Assembly (NCBI RefSeq): GCF_964204645.1 | Contig: NC_134032.1 | Span: forward strand, 8,420,275-8,484,274 | Length of the DNA: 64,000 nucleotides | Reading direction: 5' to 3' | From: Tubulanus polymorphus | Lineage: Eukaryota; Animalia; Nemertea | Part shown: positions 49,373 to 58,908 of the stretch, piece after piece | Layout: each line of letters begins with the position of its first letter | Position numbering within the stretch: the first letter of the stretch is position 1 | Program-made: the position numbers and the translations under genes | Notes under the pieces: model-generated | Seen by the model: the letters and a program-made list of their open reading frames with translations, nothing else | What the model was told of the DNA's origin: nothing | Databases searched by the model: none

Positions 49373-52300
49373 TACCAACAGTAGCACGCTATATCGGTTG
49401 GGTGTTTTGTCATTGCTTGAAACATTGTTTCTATGATTCATTTAAACTCATCAATGCGAACTGAAAGTTGAACTATTTCGTATAGTTTTGTTTCAAAAAT
49501 TCGATCGATTTTTGCCTTAAAGCACGCTTCATTCGACATGCCATTCATGGTAGCATTCAGAATTGAAATTAGACTTCAGATTCCCGATCTCAGAATAAAC
49601 GATATTCTAACCGAAAGTAAACATAAAATGCGAACTAACGTCAAAGTTAAACTATGGTCACTGCTGCTGCTACTGCTGCTGTTACTGCTGCTACTGCTGT
49701 TAAAAGTTTTATCATTTGATGACGTTTTTGTTGTTGAAATTAATTGGATGGGTATTAGAGCCATTAACGCTGATTTCCTAATTATATTTTGGTTGTCCAA
49801 ATTACTCAAGTGTTCAGAAAATCACTCTGAAAAAATTGATGGAAAACAGAATATTAACAGTGGAGATCAAACATTTTATCGGCACTCTGAAAAACTGATG
49901 GTCTACGCTTCACATAGGTTCAGGACTTCAATTGAGAATTATTTTTGTGGATAATGATGATTAAATATGATGAACACAAGAATTAATGTATTTAATTACT
50001 GCACTACTAAAAATCCGATCGTCCACGCTTACATTTCACATGTCTTCGGGACTTCAAATAATTTTGAAAATAGTTTCGATTGAAATAGCCGACAAATGAA
50101 CTGCGTTTTCAAACTATTTCAGTGATTAATCGTTACCATTTCACACTTAAGATGAATGACTGAGAATAATTCTCTACTAGTTATCATAAGAAGGAAGGTG
50201 ATATTTTACATGATTTGAAAATATCAGATGCATGTGTGATATCGATTATGTGTGGCATGGATTATGACATCAATACATGTTCCGAAAGCAAGCACGATAA
50301 AGGTTTTTCGGCACTTCATTCTAGTTAACACTTTATATGTTTTGTGTACTATAGTTTTCAAGATCAGTTTTGATCCATCGTTTATCGAATTACGGACAAT
50401 TATAATGGTTTTTTAAAACCGCAGTACCGAGCCAAGGGTGAAAGTGATTTAGAAAAATTACCTGGTAGCTTTTTCTTGAGATTAGATCTTACACAAAATA
50501 CAACGTAAAATACAATGTAAAACCCGAGCAGGCAAACGAAGATGCCTATCAAAAATCCCCAAAAAAATGTTATAAAGCTGAACACATCCTGAAAATTTCA
50601 AGGGGATTCGCTGAGAATTGAGGCAGAAATGGAAGATTCTTGTGTGGAAGAAGAGAAATAAACATGGCAATAACAACACTTATTATTGCATGATGTTTAA
50701 ATATGCTGACCAGACTGACATTCCCGATAAAAAACAAGAATCATTGAATTAAAATTAGTTGCTCAGTTCCCGTGATTTAAATTTCGTCTTTAAAACACGA
50801 GGATCATTTGACTGAGAATGATTAATCGGCCCCATTATATGTGTTGGTAATGAAGACCACAAACTAACGCGTTGGTATCACAAAATTATATCAAAATTTG
50901 ATTATGAATTTCATCTGAGTTGAAATAGCTGAAACTTAACCCTTTCAGGGCGTATACACCGCAGTGGGGTGTATAAATCATTGATAGATTTTGCTAGTAC
51001 ACCGCACTGCGGTGTATTGATGCTATTAGTAATGAGTGATTATCTCTCTTGAAAAATGGCAGCACGTGTCAAACATAGTGAAATACTAGTAACTAACGAT
51101 ACACCGCGCCGCAGTGTAGATGCACTGTAGTGGTATTCTCGTTGTTCAACACACTAGGGTGGAATTTTTTAGAATTTTCAAATTATCTCCAGCACTATAG
51201 GGTATTAATTAGTCAGCACTGAAAGGGTTAATCGGTTAGAATATTAGAAATACTGAGTATATGATAATGATATGTGATATGGTATGACATGTATTTAATT
51301 TAGCAACAAACTGAACGCAAATTCAGCTAGATCTTCAATTTTTCCATCTTTAGATTCCGATTACTGCAATATCTACTTGACGAATACTCACCGACCTTTG
51401 ATTGATGAGCAAATACTTGTCATATAAATTGTTCTGTTTTTCTACGATCAGTAGTACAGGAAATGTAAAGCCTAAGTTATAAAAGTCGCGTTAAAATCCG
51501 AACTTAAAACCACAGCGATAATTCTGTGGTACCCTCAATATGAATTTGAACTGGTTGTATATCCTATCAATTCAGCAAAAATCGTCAGTACAATTAACTA
51601 ATTAGTTATATTTGATAGTACATGCTTAGGATATTGCTGCATAACTCGCTGGACAATTTTAGTAAATATATCTATATTTTAGCTCACAATGCAAGGATTG
51701 TGGTCGGTCATGATAAAAGTAAAGTCCTCTGACACGCTGATATGGTGCTTTGGCCACACGAAGTGGTACGGCCATGGCCGATCAGCCATACATAAGGCTT
51801 GGAATGGCTTGGCATATGAAAATATTCCAAAAAACTTTTTATGTCCGACAGTGCCAGACAGCATTGGGTTCAAATCCCATTGAAATAGACATATAGTTTC
51901 CATTCCAACGTTTTTGCTATCTTTTATTGAATAGTCTTATTGTGCTTGTTCATATCGAAAGTAATTTGTAGGTTCTTACTGTAATATAATAAATACATTG
52001 ACGCCAATGTAGCAGTGGTATCAGATTCAAAACCCCGACAATAAACAATTTCAAATTTTTTTCCAAACGTTTGCATATTAATGTTGCTGCTAAGCAGAAA
52101 ACCTTACTGCTGCCATGCAGCTATATTTTGATATTGTTATAGGGGGATTTTTGGAAGGGTCTATAAGCTTATTTTGGTGCTGTCCTTGTCCTGATATTTA
52201 ACAAAAATTTGTCGTGCATATTGCGAATTTTTCGTGTTATTTTAATGTTGTTATAGGTGGAGTTGAGCTTTTGGAAACAGTATCGCGGTCGGCAATCGAG

Positions 52301-55300
52301 AATGAGCCAGCCACTTACGAAGGTTGCGTAAAACTATTCAACGTTAATCAGGAATCTTACGATTTACAATCGGGTAAAATATCTATTGAGAATGGAAATA
52401 CATTCACCCCTGCCACTTTAGATGGCCAAGCGATTGTTTGCTCTTTCAGATGCGGTAGCCGGTGAGAATGTACAGTCATGTGATCAGTCAGCGTGTGGGC
52501 AGACGACTTGTAAACATGAAGGAATCTGTAAAGCAAAAAATGACACACATTTTACCTGTTCCTGTACACAGGTACGTTCAATCTGATACTGCTACATGTA
52601 CGTTCAATCTGCACACACGTTCAATCTGTATACAGTTACGTTCAATCTGTACATAGTTACGTTCAATCTGTATATAGTTACGTTCAATCTGTATACAGTT
52701 ACGTTCAATCTGTATACAGTTACATTCAATCTGTATAAAGTTACGTTCAATATGTGCACAGGTACATTCAGTCTGTACAAAGTTACGTTCAATCTGTATA
52801 CAGTAACATTCAATCTGTATACAGGTACATTTAATCTGGAGACGGTTATGTTCAATCTGTAGACAGTTACGTTCAATCTGTACATAGTTACGTTCAATCT
52901 GTATACAGTTACGTTCAATCTGTGCACAGGTACATTCAGTCTGTACAAAGTTACGTTCAATCTGTATACAGTAACATTCAATCTGTATACAGGTACATTT
53001 AATCTGGAGACGTTTACGTTCAATCTGTAGACAGTTACGTTCAATCTGCTACAACAAATTTGCCACTAGATTTAAAACCTAAGTTTAAATGTCGAGCAAA
53101 TGCCTTCATTACTGATGATTAATTTCGAAGCCCATTTTGTTTCATATTTTGATGAAATATTCCCTATTATTTTTGTATTATTGAATGATGTGTTAAAGTG
53201 AATTGTTTTCTTTGGTAGAATTTCACCGGTGTTCGATGCGAAGTCGCGTCCATCTGCAAAAATGCACCGTGCCAAAACAACGCCACCTGTATACCATCCG
53301 CTAATTGGACGACCTATCGGTGTATTTGTGCAATAGGTTTCGACGGAACAAATTGCGAACAAGGTATGAAGGGTAACCAATTTCTCCACAAGGTGGCAGT
53401 TCAGAATGCAAAACTTAATTTCAACCAGTTTCAACTGCGATGGTCAGCTTGGTCACCCATTGCCAAGGGCAAACCACTGCATGTTAAACAGGTCCTAATC
53501 ATTCCCATTCCCATTCGACTTCTCAAAATCCTACATATGAAAATTTGGACTTTTTAGGGTTGACTATCACTGCTCCCAGGTTTAGCGAAGGTAGTTATGT
53601 TCACTACAGAAACGCCCTCTATACGAAGTCTGACAAACTAAAAACGTACATTTCGTTCAATATATCGACTGCGGCGAGTGAGGGGTTAATCGTGTGGAAC
53701 GGTCAGGTGAGTAAAACTGATCACCTGAGGCCAGTTTCATGAAAGGAAATTATGATTATTTTCAGTTCTGAGTTCAATTTCGAACTGCAGTTAAAAAATG
53801 AACTAATTTTAACCCTTTCAGTGCGCTGACTAATCAATACCCTATAGTGCTGGATATAATTTGAAAATTTGAAAAATTCCACCCTAGTGTGTTGAATAAC
53901 GGGAATACCGCTGCAGTGCGTCTACACCGCGGCGCGTGTACTGTTAGTTACTTGTATTTCACTATGTTTAACAGGTGCTGCCATTTTTCAAGAGAGATAA
54001 TTACTAATTATTAATTACATCAATACACCGCAGTGCGGTGTACTAGCAAAATCCATTACTGATTTATACGCTGCACTGCGGTGTAGACGCACTGAAAGAA
54101 TTAACTCTAACTCGTCGAACTGGGTCCAGGCTCAATTCATTATTGAATTGTCGCCATTCATTTTGTTCGAAGGTTTACTCGGAAAAAGATGACTATCTCG
54201 GAGTCGGACTTCGACGCGGTAGAATTCGCGTCGTTTGGGACGTCGGCTGGTGGAGTCAGAACGAGGTTTCGTCCATTGGCGCGGTTACAGATGGACGCTG
54301 GTATTCGGTCGTCGTGCAGCGGTACGGGCAGACGCTGTCACTTACCGTCGACGGACAGACTGTTACCGGGAGCGTCGCCGGGAAATTCCTAGAGCTCAAC
54401 ACAGACGGTTCTTACTATTTTGGTACGTTGTTTTAAGCTACAATTGTCCGGGTATAGACTTTAGGTGATTAAGATTTTATTCTTACTCACATTTGATTTA
54501 AAAAAACTGAATTCGACCATTTTTGAATCAGCTTCAACTAATAAGTACGGAACGCAGTCCTAAGACAGCCATCTTATTCCGAATTTGTGAACGATATAAT
54601 CAAAATTAGTTTATTTTCAATACCAGTAACTTCTAAAATCTAAATTCCGTATATGGAACTGGGTCTAGATGGTCAAAGTGATTGAAAATCAACAAAACCT
54701 AGCCCAATAAACCATTTTACAGTTGCTAGCCACCATTTTGTTAGGGTACTTTTGTCCCGTATTGTTGGGTCATTTTTTTCTCTGCATGGATTTTGACAAC
54801 TTAAGCAACATTCAAACCGCGTGAATCTCGAGTTTTCAGTTATTTAAAAATCATTTCTCAAATTTACAACAATGCGACATGAGAGCGATATAAAAATCGG
54901 TGGTCAGTTTTTGCCGTGCGCATAGAAATCCAGGGTACTGAACTTTGAAGTTCGTTATTTTCAGAAATAATTTTCTAAAAAAATCCAAACATTTCAAGCA
55001 CTGTGCGCATAAATGCCCCCTTTCAGGTGAACTTTGAAATTTTAAGATATCTTGCCTAGTTTTTTTCCTATGGCTCTTTAACTGCAGCGCGTGTATTGTC
55101 ATTCCGAGATTCGGCGCTGTTTTCTTTGCGTGTATTTCAGTATATGGGTGTTATTTCTTCATTTTCACTACACTTGTCTCTACGGAAAATGGTTTTAATT
55201 GTTGGTACGAGTATCAGGTTTTAATATCACGTCGTTTATGCAATATAATATATCGAAGACATTAGAGATGTTGGGGTTTAAGGGATTTTTCTGACCAGTT

Positions 55301-57378
55301 TTAGCAGCGAGACTGAGCGGCATTTTGATCACGCATTCGAAGTTGCGCGCGGGAAGAGAATATATGGGCCTATATTGAGATGGAAGAAGAAAAGAAATAT
55401 AACACTCAAAATCGAGTATGATGACCATTTAAATCAGTAGTCTATCAATAAATTTACATAAAAATGTACTGAAATTAGATGGATGGAGAAGTGGTCAAAA
55501 AGCTGGACAAATGGGGTGGGGCAAATATTCAGCTACTTTCTATGAATACTTTCTATTAAGTACACACAAGATTGATTAGATTGGGAAGAAAATATAGGAA
55601 AACGTTTTCTTGTTTTAGTGGTGAAATATCAAGTATCAAGTTCGAATGTCAGACGCAGGTGATAAAAAGTAAAAAGTGACATCTACCATCACAAAAACGC
55701 AAGAAGTGTGTGGATTGCATTTACAACAAGAGTGATATTTTGGGTTTTCTTGGGTGCATGTACGTAAGCCTCTGCCTGCCGTAAAAGCGGCTACCATTAC
55801 AGCCATTACGTACTAGCGCCGGAGAACGGAATACAGTATTAATGCCGTAATATTTAAACCTGATACTCGTACCAACAATTAAAACCATTTTCCGTAGAGA
55901 CAAGTGTAGTGAAAATGAAGAAATAACACCTATATACTGAAATACACGCAAAGAAAACAGCGCCAAATCTCGGAATGACAATACACGCGCTGCAGTTAAA
56001 GAGCCATAGGAAAAAAACTAGGCAAGATATCTTAAAATTACGAAGTTCACCTGAAAGGGGGCGTTTATGCGCACAGTGCTTGAAATGTTTGGATTTTTTA
56101 GAAAATTATTTCTGAAAATAACGAACTTCAAATTTCAGTACCCTGGATTTCTATGCGCACGGCAAAAACTTACCACCAATTTTTATATCGCTCTCATGTC
56201 GCATTGTTGTAAATTTGAGAAATGATTTTTATATAACTGAAAACTAGATATTTATGCGGTTTGAATGTTGCTGAAACTGTCAAAATCCATCCATGGACAG
56301 ATGAAATATGATACAATACACATCACGGATAGTTTTTAAAAAAGAGAAAAAAATGACCCAACAATACGGGACAAAAGTACCCTAACAAAATGGCGGCTAG
56401 CAACTGTAAAATGGTTTATTGTAATTCACAACATTAGAACTGGGTCCGGGGTCACTGCCAACTGTGAGATATCTTTGTATTTTCTGTCATCTTGTAGTTG
56501 CGGTTCTCCCGTTGTTGCTACTACGAGTTATCTCGTAGCTGATTTCTTATTCACCATTTTGCTCTTGGGCAATCGCATCGACGCGGTTCCTAATTGGCTA
56601 GAGCAATGTGAACAAACTACGCTTCATTTTCAATCCTCATCGGTCTACCAGAGAACAAAACGCAACTTGTATACCGTTAGAAATATCTTCTTTCCATTCA
56701 ATTCAATCGTTAGTGCTGGAAAAGCAGACAAGTGCGATGTAGTGCGATGTAGTGTAAAGTGATTGGTTGAGAGAAATGGAGATTCCCAAAGGATAAAAAA
56801 GTAATCAACTAAGTTTGACGTAAGACCTAGGCCTTACAGTTGTATGATTCATTCAACCTTTTTCGCGATGCGGATAAAGTGACAAGGAAACCATTGATTA
56901 TGCATGAATGGACCAAAATGTTTGTACGGATAAAGTGAAAATACAGATTATTTCATACAGATTAACTGAATTATTTATTGAGTTTTTGAACAAGAAAAAT
57001 CAGTATAAGTAAAAATCCAGATTAATGCGATCCAGATAAGAGGAGTTGGCTGTACAAGATAACTCGTAGTAGCAATTGAGGAGAGACATGGCAGTGGCGA
57101 ATGTGTTCATTTATGAAGTGAAAACTAGCTTTGCGATACTTAATTAAATCATCCACAATTCTTGTCGATTATTAGTAAATGATTCCGCTAATTTCAAGGT
57201 TTCTTCATTTGTGTCAACAGGTGGTGGCGGTAGCGGCGATCTGAATTCGATGACGCAGGGTTTTTTCGACCGGTCTTTCGTCGGCTGTTTGAAAGATTTA
57301 CGATTGTCGCCGACTTCGAAACCGATCGACTGGATGAACGCAACCGGTGCCGATATACAACAGTGCCAGCAGCAGTAA
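15557..57378 (+). CDS. EYS: Protein eyes shut homolog: signal peptide, EYS N-terminal domain, ~28 EGF repeats, Ser/Thr-rich mucin-like region, four LamG domains interleaved with EGFs; ~2845 aa, 35 coding exons
   Basis: Exons: 15557-16313, 17296-17400, 20729-20845, 23854-23967, 24649-25025, 25672-25777, 25861-25974, 27934-28047, 29053-29295, 29550-29889, 30376-30635, 31245-31455, 31798-31943, 32025-32196, 33979-34145, 34908-35010, 36548-36678, 37019-37121, 37554-39379, 39461-39577, 40177-40444, 41052-41369, 41861-42030, 42512-42685, 43051-43116, 43752-43985, 44352-44702, 45798-46061, 46926-47054, 52257-52373, 52450-52571, 53219-53363, 53558-53706, 54173-54422, 57221-57378. Total 8538 nt with all phases matching. 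The N-terminus (EW...VVDWDLT...C...CPIYVQEGD...LGVNYF...CKFGLRVKV) resembles vertebrate EYS. The protein ends in a LamG with no TM segment. Confidence 0.88.
18303..18410. mobile_element. Short palindromic PIF/Harbinger-like MITE (~110 bp)
   Basis: GGCCCGGTTCCA ... TGGAACCGGATC flanked by CTG on both sides. Second copy at ~20948-21056; degenerate copies at ~31487-31572 and ~53730-54127. Confidence 0.65.
20948..21056. mobile_element. Second copy of the short Harbinger-like MITE
   Basis: GGTCCAGTTCCACA ... TGTGGAACTGGAC, with the same GAGTTAAGATTTGAC / GAAAATGAACTAA / GAGTTAACTCTAAC core as 18303-18410. Confidence 0.65.
21787..22030. mobile_element. piggyBac-like MITE
   Basis: TTAA-CCCTTTCGCTGC ... 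GCAGTGAATGGG-TTTTAA. Confidence 0.5.
22326..23276 (+). CDS. Single-exon rhodopsin-family (peptide-receptor-like) GPCR nested in EYS intron 3
   Basis: 316-aa intact ORF with an N-terminal NRT sequon, [30 protein letters not shown] and [17 protein letters not shown]. Lies between EYS exons at 20845 and 23854. Confidence 0.88.
   Translation: MTANRTTSSTYGLTYTDILFVPRERQTTTFITVYSLNIFLAATFGFTGNSLIVSLMSTAKFRGKLYGQLFLFMAVSDTGSLLLVTLGCINKVSYQIDLTILIDVLRNDVDCAVVEIVLAALAALSPNLLCLLCFERMCVVWFPFRGPRFWNSRASKTISLIFVVAQVSLSICNLFSVRFVEGIGCVHTKDRTANRALQITCILIIPCTVIIISTTIIVVTLTYNRVNHKNRSSSSVSVIVASTCILFLLLTFPANIIWIMSWIDPGIVQSDLTFQKADMVFIWNYATNFYIYVLTGKEIRNTLMHFISKLCKLKPT
24319..24602. mobile_element. piggyBac-like MITE family A, copy 1 (~285 bp)
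   Basis: TIR CCCTTTCAGTGC ... GCACTGAAAGGG with TTAA on both sides (24315-24318, 24603-24606). Confidence 0.85.
27002..27567. mobile_element. piggyBac-like MITE, family B
   Basis: 13-bp TIR CACGTTCGCTGCC ... GGCAGCGAACGTG with TTAA TSD at 26998-27001 and 27568-27571. Confidence 0.8.
28441..28943. mobile_element. hAT-like MITE with TCAGGGAA subterminal repeats
   Basis: CAGGGTGGCC ... GGCCACCCTA termini. TSD not resolved. Related fragment at ~41560-41790. Confidence 0.5.
33084..33193. repeat. Perfect 55-bp tandem duplication (2 copies)
   Basis: GCCACCCTCTGATATGTGACATCATATGAATTTCATTTGAATATTTTTTCATATT at 33084 and 33139. Confidence 0.9.
38650..39260 (+). repeat. Coding tandem repeats in the EYS mucin-like exon: ~8 x 30 bp ([10 protein letters not shown]-type), then ~2.5 x 144 bp
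   Basis: TCTAGTGGCTCTTCTG recurs every 30 nt from ~38665 to ~38895. TCTTCAAATAT(T/C)ACTGCAACTCAG occurs at 38917, 39061 and 39205. Confidence 0.9.
39749..40027. mobile_element. piggyBac-like MITE family A, inverted relative to copy 1
   Basis: CCCTTTCAGTGC ... GCACTGAAAGAG-TTAA. Internal sequence is the reverse complement of 24319-24602. Confidence 0.85.
42697..42972. mobile_element. piggyBac-like MITE family A, diverged copy 11 nt from an EYS splice donor
   Basis: CCCTTTGAGTGCTG ... CACGGAAAGGG with shared internal motifs AATTCCACCC.AGTGTGTTGAATAA and TTTGACAGGTGCTG. Confidence 0.8.
46091..46660. repeat. 76-bp minisatellite, ~5.5 conserved plus ~2 degenerate copies
   Basis: GAGGATTCCATTTGTG at 46125, 46201, 46277, 46353 and 46429 (period 76). 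Confidence 0.92.
47537..48288. mobile_element. Helentron-associated (HINE-like) non-autonomous element
   Basis: T-rich start, 5' hairpin TCTCGGGCGAAGCCCGAGA, complementary subterminal repeat CGCCCGAGA at ~48251, then a 3' hairpin AAGATCCGTGGATATCTT and T-rich end. Confidence 0.5.
49340..49369. repeat. (TA)n microsatellite
   Basis: Direct reading. Confidence 0.9.
49661..49700. repeat. (CTG/CTA)n trinucleotide repeat
   Basis: Direct reading. It produces the spurious poly-Leu and poly-Ser ORFs. Confidence 0.85.
50940..51227. mobile_element. piggyBac-like MITE family A, inverted copy
   Basis: TTAA-CCCTTTCAGGGC ... GCACTGAAAGGG-TTAA. Confidence 0.88.
52562..53048. repeat. 21-bp minisatellite (~23 copies) starting at an EYS exon/intron junction
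   Basis: Consensus CTGTATACAGTTACGTTCAAT. A 126-bp higher-order duplication is visible (52753 vs 52921 region offsets include repeated GTGCACAGGTACATTCAGTCTGTACAAAG blocks). Confidence 0.93.
53813..54100. mobile_element. piggyBac-like MITE family A inserted into a short Harbinger-like MITE
   Basis: TTAA-CCCTTTCAGTGC ... GCACTGAAAGAA-TTAA. Flanks read AAAATGAACTAATT and CTCTAACTCGTCGAACTGGGTCC, which are the two halves of the 18303-type element. Confidence 0.85.
54705..56421. mobile_element. Foldback-like element with near-perfect inverted arms of about 520 bp
   Basis: 54705 to ~55225 (CAATAAACCATTTTACAGTTGCTAGCC...) is the reverse complement of ~55850-56421 (...GGCTAGCAACTGTAAAATGGTTTATTG). 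Non-coding spacer of about 620 bp. No TSD recognised. Confidence 0.85.
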
Positions 57379-57560
57379 CTACAGCGATGTACTTATTCTC
57401 GTTCGGTGCGATCTCAGTTTTGCTGATGTTTTTTTTTTTCACTAGTTATTATGTCAATGAAAAAATGGATTATCGTCAAACTTGCGCTTAAGTCATCATC
57501 GGGCAAATCGTCTCAAGTCGTGTCTAGTTATTAGTCCTGACCATTCTAATTTCCACCTAA

Positions 57561-58908
57561 CCCTTTCAGTGCTGACTAATTAATATACTTGGAAGTGCTG
57601 GAGAAATTTGAAAATTTTAAAACCCCAGCAGTGTGTTGAATAGTGGGCACACAGCGTTAGTACATACTGCAGTGCACATATCTTTGACAGGTGCGGCCAT
57701 CTTTCACAGGGGCGTAACCACCGGTGCGACAACTGCGACATATGTCGCACCAATAATTGAAAAACCCAATATGCTAAAACGTCATAATAAACGTTATTCT
57801 GTATTTACATGGGGGGGGGGGGTATCAAGTTCTTTTGAAGATGTCAGTGGCGCTTATACGGAGGCGTTGGTAATGCACTTGAGATTTTCGATCCAACCAA
57901 GTGACTCCAGCGAGTTTTGTTTCTCGTGTTTACGGTATCACATCTGGACCATGCACCTGATCTCACAGTATCAAAGTTGCCGAATTCAGAAGACATTTTT
58001 CATATTATATTAGAGCGACTTAAACCGGTATTCTTCTGGTTATATTTCACTGAGTCTGTAGGTGTTTTTTGTTCATGAAAAATGGACCATAATAAGGGAT
58101 TTGACCAAAAAAATTCTGCTCAAGTGCCGAGACATGGAAACCGAGAAAATCGAGAGAGTACCGGTATTGATGTACAATAAGCTAACATTAGTTTACTATT
58201 CATCAATGAATGGTCAAGGGCAGATCCAGCCTACCACTTGTATCGAGGAGTAATCAGGTTTGCCCTTCTATTTTTCTAGTTCGCAATATTGACAGGCTCT
58301 TGTACTAACATGTTTTATTCCGGGCAAGTATTCTGGAAGTAGTATAGAAAATGGTCTAAATGATTCTAAACGATAATATTTAACTTCAAGGGGGATGGAC
58401 TTTATGCCCCATATATGCTTAATGATTGCATCTCAGAGCCTTGAAAAATCAAAATTTTCTGGGGGAGTGCCCCCAGGTCCCCCGTTTTGTGCTATGATAT
58501 AGTTGCCCTTCCAGTTCAGCAGGACTCTGAAACCGCTCTGGGATGGTGAAACATCTGGATCCATCCCTAGACCAAAGATAACCTTAGAGGCATTATATAA
58601 TCTACAGAAAAATTATTCAAATATGAGCTCTCAGAGCCATCAGAACGCATCTCAGACGTTTTAATGTTCAAAATTTTCTTGGGGGTGGTCCCCCAAACCC
58701 CCCTTCTAGACATCGCGCCTTCGGCGCTCGTTTGGATGTGCCCTCCGGATTGTCGCACCATTGAATTTTAGGTGGCTACGCCCCTGTTTCAATAGAGATA
58801 GAAACTAATTACATTACTAATAACATCAATACACTGCAATGCAGTGTACCAAAACAAAGTCCATCAACAATTCATACACCGCACTGCGGTGTAGACAAAT
58901 TGAGAGAG
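57561..58908. mobile_element. piggyBac-like MITE family A, split by a nested insertion
   Basis: Left half 57561-57706 and right half 58787-58908 rejoin as GCCATCTTTCA|ATAGAGATA, matching the other copies. Confidence 0.75.
57707..58786. mobile_element. Non-autonomous DNA transposon with CAGGGGCGTA termini and 5-bp TSD
   Basis: CAGGGGCGTAACCACC ... GGTGGCTACGCCCCTG. TTTCA duplicated at 57702-57706 and 58787-58791. Confidence 0.8.

Noticed and set aside
49538-49954. 138-aa ORF with a signal-peptide-like poly-Leu
   Set aside because: The poly-Leu comes from a CTG/CTA microsatellite; the rest has no recognisable features.
52596-53044. ORFs of 88 aa (+) and 146 aa (-) with LNVTVYR repeats
   Set aside because: By-products of the 21-bp intronic minisatellite; no other sign of a gene.
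15557-57378. Notch, crumbs, fibropellin or agrin as identity of the EGF-rich gene
   Set aside because: No LNR, ankyrin, CUB, avidin, Kazal or SEA domains and no TM or cytoplasmic tail. The N-terminal domain and terminal LamG fit EYS.
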